A stretch of DNA of 34,233 nucleotides from Candidatus Nanohaloarchaea archaeon (GCA_046497485.1 JAWOFP010000042.1:1-34233), one strand, 5' to 3'. Shown: positions 14,636 through 24,938, counted from the first letter of the stretch. Numbers and translations are program-made. Notes: a model not told the origin generated them from the sequence alone.

Positions 14636-14983
14636 TCAAGTAACTAGCTGTAATCCGCCCAGTAGATAGAAAAGCGCTCCAATCAATGCCACTACTCCGC
14701 CGCCAATTAAAGCTCCTTTAAGGCCTGCGTAAGGATCTTTTAGTTCTTCAAACTTGTCGGCGAAATCCAGTACAGTGGACATATTTCCGCTTAACAGAAT
14801 TACTTTCTGATATCTTCTACCGTCATCCAAGGCCTCTATCTTGTAGGATCCTTCTTCTAGCTCGACTGAGCCTTTCCCATCTAGTTCTCCTACTTTCTCA
14901 TGGTAGTCTTTGAAGGCCAAGCTGTAGATATTGAACTTTACCTCTTCTCTATTATTCTGGGCCTTTACTGATAGCTTTGGCAA
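14636..14983 (-). CDS. Membrane-anchored hypothetical protein
   Basis: Small beta-rich domain plus C-terminal TM helix; TTG start after AGGTG. Confidence 0.7.
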   Translation of the reverse strand: MPKLSVKAQNNREEVKFNIYSLAFKDYHEKVGELDGKGSVELEEGSYKIEALDDGRRYQKVILLSGNMSTVLDFADKFEELKDPYAGLKGALIGGGVVALIGALFYLLGGLQLVT

Positions 14984-15108
14984 AAATCAGACACCTATCC
15001 AATTCTTGGAAAGACCTGAATTTAACTCCTTCCCCTCCAAGAAACTTTTCAAACAAAGAGGCCTAACTACTTGATAGGTGAGAGAAGATTTCAAGAGACA
15101 AATTCAGA

Positions 15109-15534
15109 GTGGTGGTTTCGGCCATAATTACTAACAAAGGCGAAGTATTAGTTGGTAAAAAAGAGGAGAAAGAAAATCATCCTGTTTCAGGAGAATGGAT
15201 TTTTCCAGGAGGGCATCTAGACGACGAAGAGGACATAGAGGAAGCATTGAAAAGAGAAGTTAAGGAAGAGACTGATCTTGCAGTAGATGTTCATCAGCTT
15301 ATTGACTGTTATAGTAAAAGCTACAGTTCTGGTCGAAATTCCATGGTCAGAATTTTCTATCACTGTGAATCATCCAAAGAGGAAGCAAAGGCTGAAGATG
15401 ATCTCTCAGAGGTTAAATGGGTTTCTCCAGACAGTTTAGAGGAAACGCTAGGAGATACAGATCATTCTACATTGGAAAATAGACCTACAATCTCAAATTT
15501 TATTAAAAAAATAGAAAAAATGCCTGGCTTATAA
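15109..15534 (+). CDS. NUDIX hydrolase
   Basis: Nudix box FPGGHLDDEEDIEEALKREVKEETDL; true start may be ATT at 15088. Confidence 0.92.
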   Translation: MVVSAIITNKGEVLVGKKEEKENHPVSGEWIFPGGHLDDEEDIEEALKREVKEETDLAVDVHQLIDCYSKSYSSGRNSMVRIFYHCESSKEEAKAEDDLSEVKWVSPDSLEETLGDTDHSTLENRPTISNFIKKIEKMPGL

Positions 15535-15581
15535 CTTACTCAATAACAGAAAAATTAAAGATTGCCTGTGAAGACTGAGTT

Positions 15582-16973
15582 ATGGCATTGAAGCTGTACA
15601 ATACTTTGACCCGTGAGAAGGAAGAGTTCAAACCTTTAGAGGAAGGAAAGGTTAAGATGTACAGCTGTGGTCAGACAATCTACGATGATCTCCATATTGG
15701 AAATGCTCGAGCATATGTTGCATGGGATACGCTTAGGCGTTACATGCAGTATAAAGGCCTGACAGTTAGACATGTTCAAAATATCACTGATGTAGGGCAT
15801 TTAACTGATGACGGAGATCAGGGAGAAGATAAGGTTGAGAAAAGAGCCAATGAGTTAGGTCTTGAACCGATGGAGCTTGTAGAAGATCAAATTCAGCGTT
15901 ATTTTGAAGACACACAGGCCTTGAATATTGAGCGTCAGGATATTGTGCCAAGGGCGACCGGTCACATCAATGAGATGATTCATTATGTCGAAAAGATAAT
16001 TGAAAACGGTTACGGCTATGAAGCCGATGGGAATGTCTACTTTGATGTAGAAAAATTTGCTGAGGACTATCCTTACGGCGAGATGGCGAAAAAGGATCTC
16101 AATGATTTGAAGGAAGAAGCTCAGGCCCGTGTAGAGCATGATGACAATAAGAGGAATCAGTTTGACTTTGCGCTCTGGATTAAAGCAGATGATAATCACG
16201 CGATGAAATGGGAAAGCCCGTGGTCAGTGGGTTATCCGGGATGGCATCTTGAATGCTCAGTTATGAGTCAGAAATATTTGGGCGATGAGTTCGATATCCA
16301 CACTGGCGGAAAAGATCATATATTTCCTCATCATCCAAATGAAAGGGCTCAGGCCTTCGCAGCTTCGGGGAAAGGCCAGGCCCGTTACTGGCTTCACAAT
16401 GAATTCATCCAAATTGAAGGAGAGAAGATGTCAAAATCAGAGGGAAACTTCTACACGGTAAGAGAGTTACTTGATGACGGGTTTTCCGGCGACACAATTA
16501 GGCTTTACATTAATTCAGCCCATTACAGGACTGAGACAGACTTTTCCAAGGAAGGACTGGAAAAAGCGGAGAAAGAGTTGAAGAAACTTCGGAAAGCCTA
16601 CAAACTGAGTGATGGAGAAGGCCTGGAAAAAGAAGCAGAAAATACTAGAGAAAAGTTTGAGAAGTACATGGATGACGACCTGAATACAGCGAAAGCTAAA
16701 CAGGCCTTGCTAAGTTTAGCCGGAGAGGTAAACTCGAGAGGCGAGGCTTCAGAATCAGTTGGCGATACTTTGAGAGAGCTTTCAATGGTGCTAGGTATCG
16801 ATGTGAAGCCTGATGCTAATAGTAGAGAAGCTTCCATGGCAGACCTATTATCTGATCTGAGAGATAATGCTCGTGAAAGAGAAGATTATGAGGCCTCAGA
16901 TTTCATCCGTGATGAATTGGAAAGGCTCGGGTTTGAAGTTGAGGATTCGGAAGAAGGTTCTCAGTGGTATTAA
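15582..16973 (+). CDS. cysS: Cysteinyl-tRNA synthetase
   Basis: HIGN, NITDV, DFALW, PGWHLECS, DIHTGG.D..FPHH.NE and KMSKS motifs. Confidence 0.97.
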   Translation: MALKLYNTLTREKEEFKPLEEGKVKMYSCGQTIYDDLHIGNARAYVAWDTLRRYMQYKGLTVRHVQNITDVGHLTDDGDQGEDKVEKRANELGLEPMELVEDQIQRYFEDTQALNIERQDIVPRATGHINEMIHYVEKIIENGYGYEADGNVYFDVEKFAEDYPYGEMAKKDLNDLKEEAQARVEHDDNKRNQFDFALWIKADDNHAMKWESPWSVGYPGWHLECSVMSQKYLGDEFDIHTGGKDHIFPHHPNERAQAFAASGKGQARYWLHNEFIQIEGEKMSKSEGNFYTVRELLDDGFSGDTIRLYINSAHYRTETDFSKEGLEKAEKELKKLRKAYKLSDGEGLEKEAENTREKFEKYMDDDLNTAKAKQALLSLAGEVNSRGEASESVGDTLRELSMVLGIDVKPDANSREASMADLLSDLRDNAREREDYEASDFIRDELERLGFEVEDSEEGSQWY

Positions 16974-17020
16974 CTGTTTAGAAATAGAAATGAGAAAATA
17001 AGATTGAAGAGCTAAATTTT

Positions 17021-17134
17021 TTACTCTTCTTTTTTGTCTTGTCCTTCTTCAAAGATTTCGCTTGCTCTATCGTCGGTGATTCCTAATAGTTCCTTTGCCT
17101 TCTCTTTCTGCTTCTCAGCCTTGTTATTGTCCAT
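17021..17134 (-). CDS. Small charged protein, 37 aa (missed by the ORF track)
   Basis: MDNNKAEKQKEKAKELLGITDDRASEIFEEGQDKKEE; TTTAAA box about 25 nt upstream. Confidence 0.55.
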   Translation of the reverse strand: MDNNKAEKQKEKAKELLGITDDRASEIFEEGQDKKEE

Positions 17135-17169
17135 AACTCGATTCTTGTTCTGGAGGTTTAAATAGTATT

Positions 17170-18267
17170 TTACACATTCTCTATGAAGTTCTCCTTGAAC
17201 TCTTCATAGTACTCTCTAGGGAATGATGCTCCAGCAGCCTTTCTATGGCCTCCAGCTTCCGCTCCTTCTTCAACTGCGGCCTCGGGTAAAGAATCTCTCA
17301 GCAATGTGCCTAGATCGACTCTGCCACTCTGACATCGAGCACTTATATTCACTTCATCATCCAGTTGAATAACCAGATGGATCCAGTCAGGAGTCTTAGT
17401 AGACATATTGGTTGAAATCGATGAAGTAATATTGAACTCGGAATCTATTTTGAAGAAGATTACTCTCTTATCCCTCTCAATCTCTCGGTCTTCTTCATAG
17501 TCTTCAACCATCTTATTGAACTCGTCCTGCATCTCCAGGTAGACTTCATAGACCTTACGGTACTCTTCTTGAGCTTCAATCTCCATCAAGTCCTCAGAGT
17601 TCATCAAGGCCTGATAAGCCAGTTTAGAGAAATGGCGTGAGTCTCTGTAAGGCTTAATATTCAGCACAGAGGCATAACGACCGTATTCACAGTTTTTAGC
17701 CAGTTCATGCTGATTTAACTCTTCTGGAAGATACTTTTCGTAATCTTCATTTAATGCATCGAACAATTCCGGGCATGATTCTACGCCAAAGTCTTGGATT
17801 ACTCCCATTCCTGCAATCCATCGAAGTTCATCCTCTAAACCAAATTCTGCGGAAATATCTAGGCAGATCTTGCTGCATGGGACATAGATATCCGCATCAA
17901 ACTCTCTCGGATTCACGAACGGGATGTCAGGCCTTCTATCAAATTCATGGTGATCTACTACTAACACATCTATGAACTCATTCAGTTCTTCGAGTTCATC
18001 AGCTTTCAAGTTGAAATCCAAAACTATCAGTTTGTCAAACTTCTTTAACTCTTCTTTTTCTTCTTCTGAGAGATGGTAGGCTCGCTCTAAAGGAATAGAA
18101 ACATCCTCTGCAGGCCTTCCGCGCTGTTTCTCCAGTATTTTGGAGATTATAGTAGCTGAGGCCACCCCATCCATGTCCCAGTGATGTAAAATCTTGATTT
18201 TCGAGTTCTCGCAGTCCTTCAAATAATCTACTGCCGGTTTAAGATGTTCTTGTTTCATATATTCCAT
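17170..18267 (-). CDS. DHH-family phosphoesterase (RecJ-like) with DHHA1 domain
   Basis: HWDMDG, VLD, VDHH, SAR and GGH..AAG motifs. Confidence 0.9.
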   Translation of the reverse strand: MEYMKQEHLKPAVDYLKDCENSKIKILHHWDMDGVASATIISKILEKQRGRPAEDVSIPLERAYHLSEEEKEELKKFDKLIVLDFNLKADELEELNEFIDVLVVDHHEFDRRPDIPFVNPREFDADIYVPCSKICLDISAEFGLEDELRWIAGMGVIQDFGVESCPELFDALNEDYEKYLPEELNQHELAKNCEYGRYASVLNIKPYRDSRHFSKLAYQALMNSEDLMEIEAQEEYRKVYEVYLEMQDEFNKMVEDYEEDREIERDKRVIFFKIDSEFNITSSISTNMSTKTPDWIHLVIQLDDEVNISARCQSGRVDLGTLLRDSLPEAAVEEGAEAGGHRKAAGASFPREYYEEFKENFIENV

Positions 18268-18281
18268 TAACTCCTTAGTCT

Positions 18282-21200
18282 TTAAACCGGATTCGAAAAT
18301 GAGAACCTGATTTCCTGATCTTTGAACTCGGCGGAGGCCTCATACTCAAGCTTTTCTCCTTCGAAGTTGAGCGATGAGAGATTAATCCTGTCGTGGAACA
18401 TCTCCGAGAACTTCTCTAGATCTTCTTCTACCGATAGATCTACCTCATCCTCTACTTCAAGGCCTACTTCTTTTCTTTTCTGTTGCACTGCTCTGACTAT
18501 TTCCGAAGCCAGTGCCTCTCGTTCAATCTCTTCTGTCATCTCAAGATCCAAGTAAAGCTCTCCTTTTGAGAAGGCCTTGCTTCCTACATCTTCAGGAGAT
18601 TCCCTGACTATCTCGAGATCTTCTTCCTCTATCTGGAACTTTTCAAGTTCAAGTTCTCCTAATTCCTGCAGTTCTTCAATCTGACTGTGTTCAAGTTTTT
18701 CTATCTCATCTGCAACTTCGTCAGCATTCCCTCCGAATTTAGGCCCTAGCTTTGAGTAGTCTGGTTTTGCAGATAGATTCGAGGCAACTCCTCCATACTC
18801 TATCTCCTTTACATTCGCCATGTCCTTGATTAAAGGTTCAAACTCTTCTAGCATTTCCTGAGTCTCTTCTTCTACTGAAAGAACCATTCTCCTAGCAGGC
18901 CATCTCAAGTTGTATTCTTCCTGATCTCTCAACTTAACTGATTCTTCTACTATTTCTCTAGCAACTTCCATTCCCTTTTCTAGGCCTTCATCTAGGAATT
19001 CTTCAGTAGGCTGAGGATAGTCTTCTGCATGGATTGAAATCTCTTCTCCATCGAATTCTCGGTAGATCTTCTCAGTTATGTAAGGTGCAAAAGGAGCTAT
19101 CAAGAAATTCACTTGTTCAAGGACTTCTCTCAATGTCCAAATCACTGCTTCATCTCCATCTTTGAGTCGAGATCTAACTTTCTTCACATACCACCGGGAT
19201 AAATCATTGACAATAAATCCTTCCAGCTCTCTAGCTACCTTGAAGAAGTGAGCGTCTTCCATCTTTTCCTCGGCTTCTTCTTCGATAGAGTTAATCTTGG
19301 ATAAGATCCATTTATCCTCTACTTCAAGTTCTTCAGGCCTCTCGACATCTTCCTCGTAAGTTCTATAGAATTCCTTTGTGTTCCATAGCACTGAGAAAAG
19401 CCTGTAAATCTCGTTTTCTATCTCAGTCTCATCATAGTTTTTCTGTTCCCATGGAGGAGCCAGTCTTAACTGGTAGAATCTTGGAAGATCAGCTCCGTAC
19501 TCATCCACCTGATCCTGAGGATCTACAACATTTCCGAGAGATTTAGACATCTTCTCGCCTTCTGCATCCAAGACATATCCCTGGAAAAGAATCTTTTCAT
19601 AAGGCGCTTCATCAAATCCAAGGATCCCTGTAAACATTAGACTGTAGAACCATCCACGGATCTGATCTGAGGCCTCAGTAATGAAGTCCATCGGCCACAT
19701 ATCTTCGAAAGGTTGTTCTTCAAATGGGTAATGTAGTGATGCGAACGGAGCGATTCCTGAGTCAAACCATACATCAAAAATATCCGGGATTCTTCTGAAT
19801 GTGCCTCCGTTTTCTCCTTCCCATGTTAGTTCATCTACTACATGTTTGTGAGGATCGAAGTCTTCCGGGAGCTCTCCGACTTTCTCTTCTAACTCTTCAA
19901 AGCTTCCGATTACAACTATCTCGCCAGTTTCATCATTCCTCCAGATTGGAATTGGAATACCCCAGTAATTCTGTCGAGAGATACACCAGTCAGGGGAGTC
20001 TTCCACAAAATTATGGAAGCGTTGCTGGGCATTTTCTGGAACCCAGTCGACCCCTTCATTTTCTTCTAGCATTCTCTGCTTAACTTCCTCATTTTCTATG
20101 AACCATTGATCTGCTGCCCTGTAAATTAGCTCTGTCTTACATCTCCAGCAGTGAGGATATTCGTGCTGATAAGGCTCGCTGTGGAATAGAAGGCCTTTCT
20201 GTTCTAATCTTGATTCGATCTCTGGATCAACTTCTAAGACATTTTCCCCTTCAAGCTCCCCAGCCTCTGCAGTATAATTTCCTTCCTCATCTAGAGGAGA
20301 GAAAACAGGTAGATTCATAGGCCTTGTCTCTTCATAATCTTCCGGTCCATGACCAGTTGCTGCATGTACTAGGCCTGTTCCCTCTTCCAAAGTTACTAGC
20401 TCTTCTGATGTATGGACCTTGTGGACACCACCTTGTTCATCAAGTTCTTGCTGTCTTGGAATCTCATCTAGGAAAGGTGTGTCATATGCTAGGCCTTCTA
20501 ATTCTTCTCCATTTCTTATCTCAGTTATTTCGTAATCATTCTCTTCGTAACCGGCTTTGCTCATCGCTCTTTCGACAAGTTGTTCTGCAATTATCAGTTT
20601 TTCGCCGTCTACTTCTACTGTTGCGTATTCAAACTCTGGATGTACAAATACTGCCATGTTTGATGGAATTGTCCATGGAGTGGTGGTCCAGATAACTACT
20701 TTTTCATCTCTGTTTCTCAGCGGGAACTTCACAAATACTGCAATATCTTCAATTTGCTGATACTCGTCCGTTACTTCATAACCTGATAGACTCGTCTGAC
20801 ATCTTGGACACCAGTGAATCGGCTTTCCATCTTCATAGAGAAGATCCTGTTCGTGAGTCTTCTTGAGCAGCCACCAAGCAGTCTCAATATAATCAGCATC
20901 ATAAGTCATGTAAGGATCTTCAAAGTCCTGCCAAACTGCTAAGTCATTCATCACTCCTTGCCATAGGCCTTTAGCTGAGGTGGCTCTATCTTTACATTCT
21001 TCTATAAATTTGGCTGCTGAAATAGAGTCTCCTATCTCGTTTTTGTCTTCAATCCCCAGCTCTTCTTCCGTAGCTAATTCATTTGGAAGGCCGTGAGTAT
21101 CAAATCCTGCTTGATCATGAACATCATAGCCTTGCATCTGTTTGAAACGGAGCATGACATCTTTGATGACCTTTCCCTGCATATGGCCTACATGGGGCGC

Positions 21201-21341
21201 TCCGTTCAGATAAGGAGGTCCATCAATCAAAAAGAAAGGCTCATTACCTTCAGTTGAATCCCTGACTTTTTCCTTTACATTGTTTTCTTTCCAGTAATCT
21301 GAGATTTCATTCTCAATTTCCTGAGGATTGTAGTCTGTCAT
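18282..21341 (-). CDS. ileS: Isoleucyl-tRNA synthetase
   Basis: DGPPY.NG.PHVGH, WTTTPWT, GTGLVH, HCWRC, DWCISRQ.YWG, WFDSG and KMSKS motifs. Confidence 0.97.
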   Translation of the reverse strand: MTDYNPQEIENEISDYWKENNVKEKVRDSTEGNEPFFLIDGPPYLNGAPHVGHMQGKVIKDVMLRFKQMQGYDVHDQAGFDTHGLPNELATEEELGIEDKNEIGDSISAAKFIEECKDRATSAKGLWQGVMNDLAVWQDFEDPYMTYDADYIETAWWLLKKTHEQDLLYEDGKPIHWCPRCQTSLSGYEVTDEYQQIEDIAVFVKFPLRNRDEKVVIWTTTPWTIPSNMAVFVHPEFEYATVEVDGEKLIIAEQLVERAMSKAGYEENDYEITEIRNGEELEGLAYDTPFLDEIPRQQELDEQGGVHKVHTSEELVTLEEGTGLVHAATGHGPEDYEETRPMNLPVFSPLDEEGNYTAEAGELEGENVLEVDPEIESRLEQKGLLFHSEPYQHEYPHCWRCKTELIYRAADQWFIENEEVKQRMLEENEGVDWVPENAQQRFHNFVEDSPDWCISRQNYWGIPIPIWRNDETGEIVVIGSFEELEEKVGELPEDFDPHKHVVDELTWEGENGGTFRRIPDIFDVWFDSGIAPFASLHYPFEEQPFEDMWPMDFITEASDQIRGWFYSLMFTGILGFDEAPYEKILFQGYVLDAEGEKMSKSLGNVVDPQDQVDEYGADLPRFYQLRLAPPWEQKNYDETEIENEIYRLFSVLWNTKEFYRTYEEDVERPEELEVEDKWILSKINSIEEEAEEKMEDAHFFKVARELEGFIVNDLSRWYVKKVRSRLKDGDEAVIWTLREVLEQVNFLIAPFAPYITEKIYREFDGEEISIHAEDYPQPTEEFLDEGLEKGMEVAREIVEESVKLRDQEEYNLRWPARRMVLSVEEETQEMLEEFEPLIKDMANVKEIEYGGVASNLSAKPDYSKLGPKFGGNADEVADEIEKLEHSQIEELQELGELELEKFQIEEEDLEIVRESPEDVGSKAFSKGELYLDLEMTEEIEREALASEIVRAVQQKRKEVGLEVEDEVDLSVEEDLEKFSEMFHDRINLSSLNFEGEKLEYEASAEFKDQEIRFSFSNPV

Positions 21342-21373
21342 GTATAACTCGGCGGAACAGAATGTTAAAAGGA

Positions 21374-21718
21374 TTATTCTTCTAGTTCATCTTCTCCTAA
21401 CTGTTCAAGATCTCTATCGTCCATGAAAGAATAAGTCGCCGCAGCCCATGCACCAACGCCAAGGCCTGTGAAAATAAGGTTATCCAAGTAACCTGTGTCA
21501 TTGTCTCGATTCTGGAAATATGCTTCCATTAGTCCTGCTCCTGCTGCTCTAACTGGGTCTTCTGATTCTTCATAAGTTCCTTGAGCAGCTCCTGCAGTAT
21601 AGTTAAGTTCCTCAAAGTTTCTGGTAGCAAGCCTATATCCGCCGTAACCTGCTGCTAAAGCTCCTGCAGTTCCTAGAGCAGCTCCTCCTATCTTTTTCAG
21701 AAAACCCATATTTACCAA
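21374..21718 (-). CDS. Small Gly/Ala-rich membrane protein
   Basis: Two hydrophobic segments; start may be 21709. Confidence 0.65.
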   Translation of the reverse strand: MVNMGFLKKIGGAALGTAGALAAGYGGYRLATRNFEELNYTAGAAQGTYEESEDPVRAAGAGLMEAYFQNRDNDTGYLDNLIFTGLGVGAWAAATYSFMDDRDLEQLGEDELEE

Positions 21719-21741
21719 AGGGTAACAAATTTATTTATGTT

Positions 21742-22437
21742 TTATGTCCAACGAGTAGACTCTCCTCTCTTCCTGTAACTTCTTTCAGTCTTGCTCTCTT
21801 CATCATCTCTCTTATAACCTTCATACCCTGAATCAGATTCACCTTCTGAAGAACTATCTTCTGAACTGCTTTCTGATGAAGACTCACTTTCCGAAGATTC
21901 AGACTCATTATTTGAGGCCTCATCTTTTCTGGATCTATTATTCTCTTCTTTATGTCTCTGAGAATCCGGATGAGGCTCAAAGGCTTCAGACCCTAGATCG
22001 ATATCTACTGATTCATAACCCTGCATAACTTTCTGGTAGGCCTCTTCAGTTTGTAACTCTTCTCTGTGAGGGAAGATTGCTCCTGTCGGAGTCCCAGCAT
22101 TCTCCTCATCCTGGAACCTAGGGAAAACCTGGATATAAGCATGAGGAAGCATCTGTCCTCCAGCCTCCTTAACATTCATAGTTACAGAAAGTCCATCTGC
22201 TCCAAGGCCTTCCATCGCTTTCTCCATCACTTCTCTAGTAAGTTTTATCCCTTCTTGGAACTGTGAGAAAGATAGCTCCATCACATCCTCTACATGTTCT
22301 TTAGGGACAATGTTTGCGTGTCCTTTCGCCCTTGGCTGAGGATATTCGAGCCAGGCGTAGAAGTTTTCTGTCTCTCCGATTATGTTTAACTGTTCGGGCT
22401 GCGATATCAGCTGGCAGAAAGGACACTGGTCAGTCAT
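21742..22437 (-). CDS. HIT-family protein with degenerate triad and acidic/Ser-rich tail
   Basis: CPFC, GH..IVPK.H and GQMLPHAYIQVFPR motifs. Confidence 0.88.
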   Translation of the reverse strand: MTDQCPFCQLISQPEQLNIIGETENFYAWLEYPQPRAKGHANIVPKEHVEDVMELSFSQFQEGIKLTREVMEKAMEGLGADGLSVTMNVKEAGGQMLPHAYIQVFPRFQDEENAGTPTGAIFPHREELQTEEAYQKVMQGYESVDIDLGSEAFEPHPDSQRHKEENNRSRKDEASNNESESSESESSSESSSEDSSSEGESDSGYEGYKRDDEESKTERSYRKRGESTRWT

Positions 22438-22479
22438 AAAGAAAAATTAGTGATATGTGATTAAAGTAGCTTTGGCAAT

Positions 22480-22785
22480 TTAAATCGGAGGCATGTCGTC
22501 GTCCGGCATGTCACCTGGACCTCCTGCAGGCCCTGGTTCTTCTGCCATAAAGTCTCCTCCCCCTGATTCCTGAACTTCGTCCATCAATTCCCTGATCTCA
22601 TCAATCATCTTCTTCAGACTAGAAGCTGAATCAGGATCCTGAAGCTCCTGCTCCAGTTGACGGACTGCAGACTCTAACTGTTGAGCTGCTTTACCAGAAC
22701 GGCCAAAGGTTTCCAAAGTCATCTCGGCGGAATCCAGTACGGCTTCCGCTTCTTCCTTGCGCTCTTTCAAACCCATACATACCAC
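22480..22785 (-). CDS. Hypothetical helical protein
   Basis: Acidic helical ORF with Pro/Gly/Met tail; start may be 22776. Confidence 0.7.
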   Translation of the reverse strand: MVCMGLKERKEEAEAVLDSAEMTLETFGRSGKAAQQLESAVRQLEQELQDPDSASSLKKMIDEIRELMDEVQESGGGDFMAEEPGPAGGPGDMPDDDMPPI

Positions 22786-22828
22786 CGTTCACATAGCATA
22801 TATAAACCTTTTTCCTGTAGGGAAAACT

Positions 22829-23939
22829 TTAAATTTCTCTAATCTCAGCAGACTCAACCAAACCCTGTAAAATCTCTTCAAAACCGAGTTTTTCCTTCAA
22901 GGCCTCCAACTCCTCAAGACCCATATTAGTTGAAGGATTTTCTGGAGAGAGTTTTACAGGCAGAATCAATTTTAGAATACTGGAAAGTCCCAATTTCTCT
23001 TGCCTTCTCAGTAATTTCATCTTTTTCCCAGGTAAGCAGAGGCCTGAAAATATTCAATCCCTGACTAGTCGTAGCTAGATTCTGAGGAGTCTGAGAAGAT
23101 TTCTGGGAAATACTCTCCCCTGTTACAATTCCATCTAAGCCTTTTTTCTTTCTTAATTTATCTGCTACTTCGAACATCAGTCTTCTATGCAGAATCATTC
23201 TACCACTATCAACTTTTTCCAAGGCCTGGTTCGCTTCCATCATGTCCACGACATAATACTTCCATTTCTTTGAGGGATTAACTTCTCTCAGTTTTTGAAC
23301 TGCTTTTTCAAATCGCATCAAGTGGTCCTCTGCAGAGTAAGGCCTGTTGTAAAAATAAATTGGAGTTATATCTGTTCCTCTCTTCATCATTTGATAAGCC
23401 GCGACTGGGGAATCTATGCCTCCTGAAATCAACGCCATGAAACGCCCTTGCGTAGCTGCTGGAAGGCCTCCAGGACCTTTCAGTGTTTCAGTATAGATAT
23501 GTGCTTGGTCTTTCGAAATCTCTATCTTAACCCATGTATCCGGATTTTCCAGGTCTACTTCGGCGCCACTTTTCTCCTGAATTATGGATCCGAACTTTCT
23601 CTCAAGTTCTGGACTTGAAAAATCCGTGTCCCGAGTATTTACCCTGACTCCAAAAGAACCTTCAACCTTAGGCAAGTTTTGTTCAATAGTATTAATTTCA
23701 GCTTCTACTTTTTTTGCCGGAGAACAAGACTTGACTCCGGGTAAAAGTTTGATTGATTCAGCTGCTTCTCTAGAAGTATTAAAAATAAAGATACGGCCAG
23801 GCCTTTCAGAGACTTTATGATAAGAGACTTTCTCGAAATCGAGTTTGTCCTGTATCCTCTGTCTCAAGGCCTGTACAAGTTGTTGTCTGGTCTTTCCTTT
23901 CTTCTTCGATATTTCGCTGTATCTGACCAGTACATCCAT
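22829..23939 (-). CDS. thiI: tRNA 4-thiouridine synthase ThiI (THUMP plus PP-loop), frameshift near the C-terminus
   Basis: VRYSEI..KG, LISGGIDSPVAA, TGESI.Q.SSQT and RPL motifs; C-terminal LSPENPST... lies in another frame ending at 22829. Confidence 0.9.
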
Positions 23940-23948
23940 CGTATTCTT

Positions 23949-24332
23949 TTATTCTACGATTTCTGCAAATGCGAACTTGTTACCGACTGAAGTAACTTCT
24001 ACTTCATAAGTTGTGTCGACTTCTGCTCCAGGTACGAAAACTACGAATCCTTCAACGCGTGCAATTCCGTCTCCTTTACTTCCAAGATCTTCGACTTCCA
24101 CGTCAACGATGTCTCCTTCGCTGACTGGCTTGTCAAAGTCTTCATCTGAGCCTTCATCTTCTGTTTCTTGAGTCTCTTCTACTTCGTCAGTAGTTTCTTC
24201 AACTACTTCTTCAGTGTCTTCAACTTCTGCTTCTTCAGCTTCTGTCTCTTCGACTTCTGGCTCTGGTTCTTCAACGGTTTCGTCGTCTGCGTTAAATTCT
24301 TGACCTGCAAAATCATCTTCATCTTCTGTCAT
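23949..24332 (-). CDS. TRAM-domain RNA-binding protein with acidic N-terminal extension
   Basis: PVSEGD.VDVEVEDLGSKGDGIARVEGFVVFVPG...FAFAE. Confidence 0.92.
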   Translation of the reverse strand: MTEDEDDFAGQEFNADDETVEEPEPEVEETEAEEAEVEDTEEVVEETTDEVEETQETEDEGSDEDFDKPVSEGDIVDVEVEDLGSKGDGIARVEGFVVFVPGAEVDTTYEVEVTSVGNKFAFAEIVE

Positions 24333-24419
24333 ATGAGAAATTTCACCTATGTATACAATAACTATTCTGCAAACTTTAAAAAGGAGAATTATTTTTAGCT
24401 GTTTTGAGATTGAGGCAGG

Positions 24420-24725
24420 TTATAAATTATTTTCACTAGCGGATAATAGTAGATCTAATTTTACTTCCAAATCGCCAAGATGTCCTTCATATATAGGGTG
24501 ATTTCTCGCCCATTCAACCGCATAAGACAGCTCCTCAAAGTCTTTTTCTATAGTATTTTCTGTCGTTCTAGCTTCTCCATCCAGCTCAGAATCCTCAGAA
24601 AAAAGTTTACGATCTAAATAGTTTTCAACTACATTTTTAGCTCTTTCAAATGTATATTCAAACTCTGATTCAGTCATATTGCTGTACGCAATATTTCTTA
24701 CCCTTTTCTTTGCATATTCCTCCAT
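24420..24725 (-). CDS. Hypothetical protein
   Basis: 101 aa acidic ORF with an upstream TTTAAG box. Confidence 0.6.
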   Translation of the reverse strand: MEEYAKKRVRNIAYSNMTESEFEYTFERAKNVVENYLDRKLFSEDSELDGEARTTENTIEKDFEELSYAVEWARNHPIYEGHLGDLEVKLDLLLSASENNL

Positions 24726-24781
24726 TATAGAGCACTATATACAAAAAATCTTAAATTATTAGTAGACAGTAAAAGAAGACT

Positions 24782-24871
24782 CGCCAGCGACCGGATTTGA
24801 ACCGGTGAGGGACGGGTATGTCCCAGCAGATCTCGAATCTGCCGCGTTCAACCAGACTCCGCCACGCTGGC
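24782..24871 (-). tRNA. tRNA-Ser (CGA)
   Basis: Acceptor GCCAGCG/CGCTGGC, anticodon arm GCAGA-TTCGAGA-TCTGC, long variable arm GGGAC..GTCCC, T arm ACCGG-TTCAAAT-CCGGT, discriminator G. Confidence 0.96.
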
Positions 24872-24938
24872 ATACAGATTAATTGAGATCGGGAAGGCCT
24901 TTAAATAGATTGGAGAGGTTAATTTGGAAGGATAGTCT

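Noticed and set aside
21810..21910. Short tandem-like repeats here, and also at 24160-24270 and 25650-26000
   Set aside because: They reflect low-complexity S/E/D-rich protein tracts, not DNA repeat elements.
22829..23020. Independent 63 aa gene
   Set aside because: Its second half is the frameshifted C-terminus of ThiI.
24771..24863. Similarity of the element box to tRNA-Ser (GGCGGAGTCT in the D arm; GGCGAGTCTTCTTT at the 3' flank)
   Set aside because: Partial matches only, constrained by tRNA structure and a T-rich terminator, with no TATA context or second att copy; treated as coincidence.
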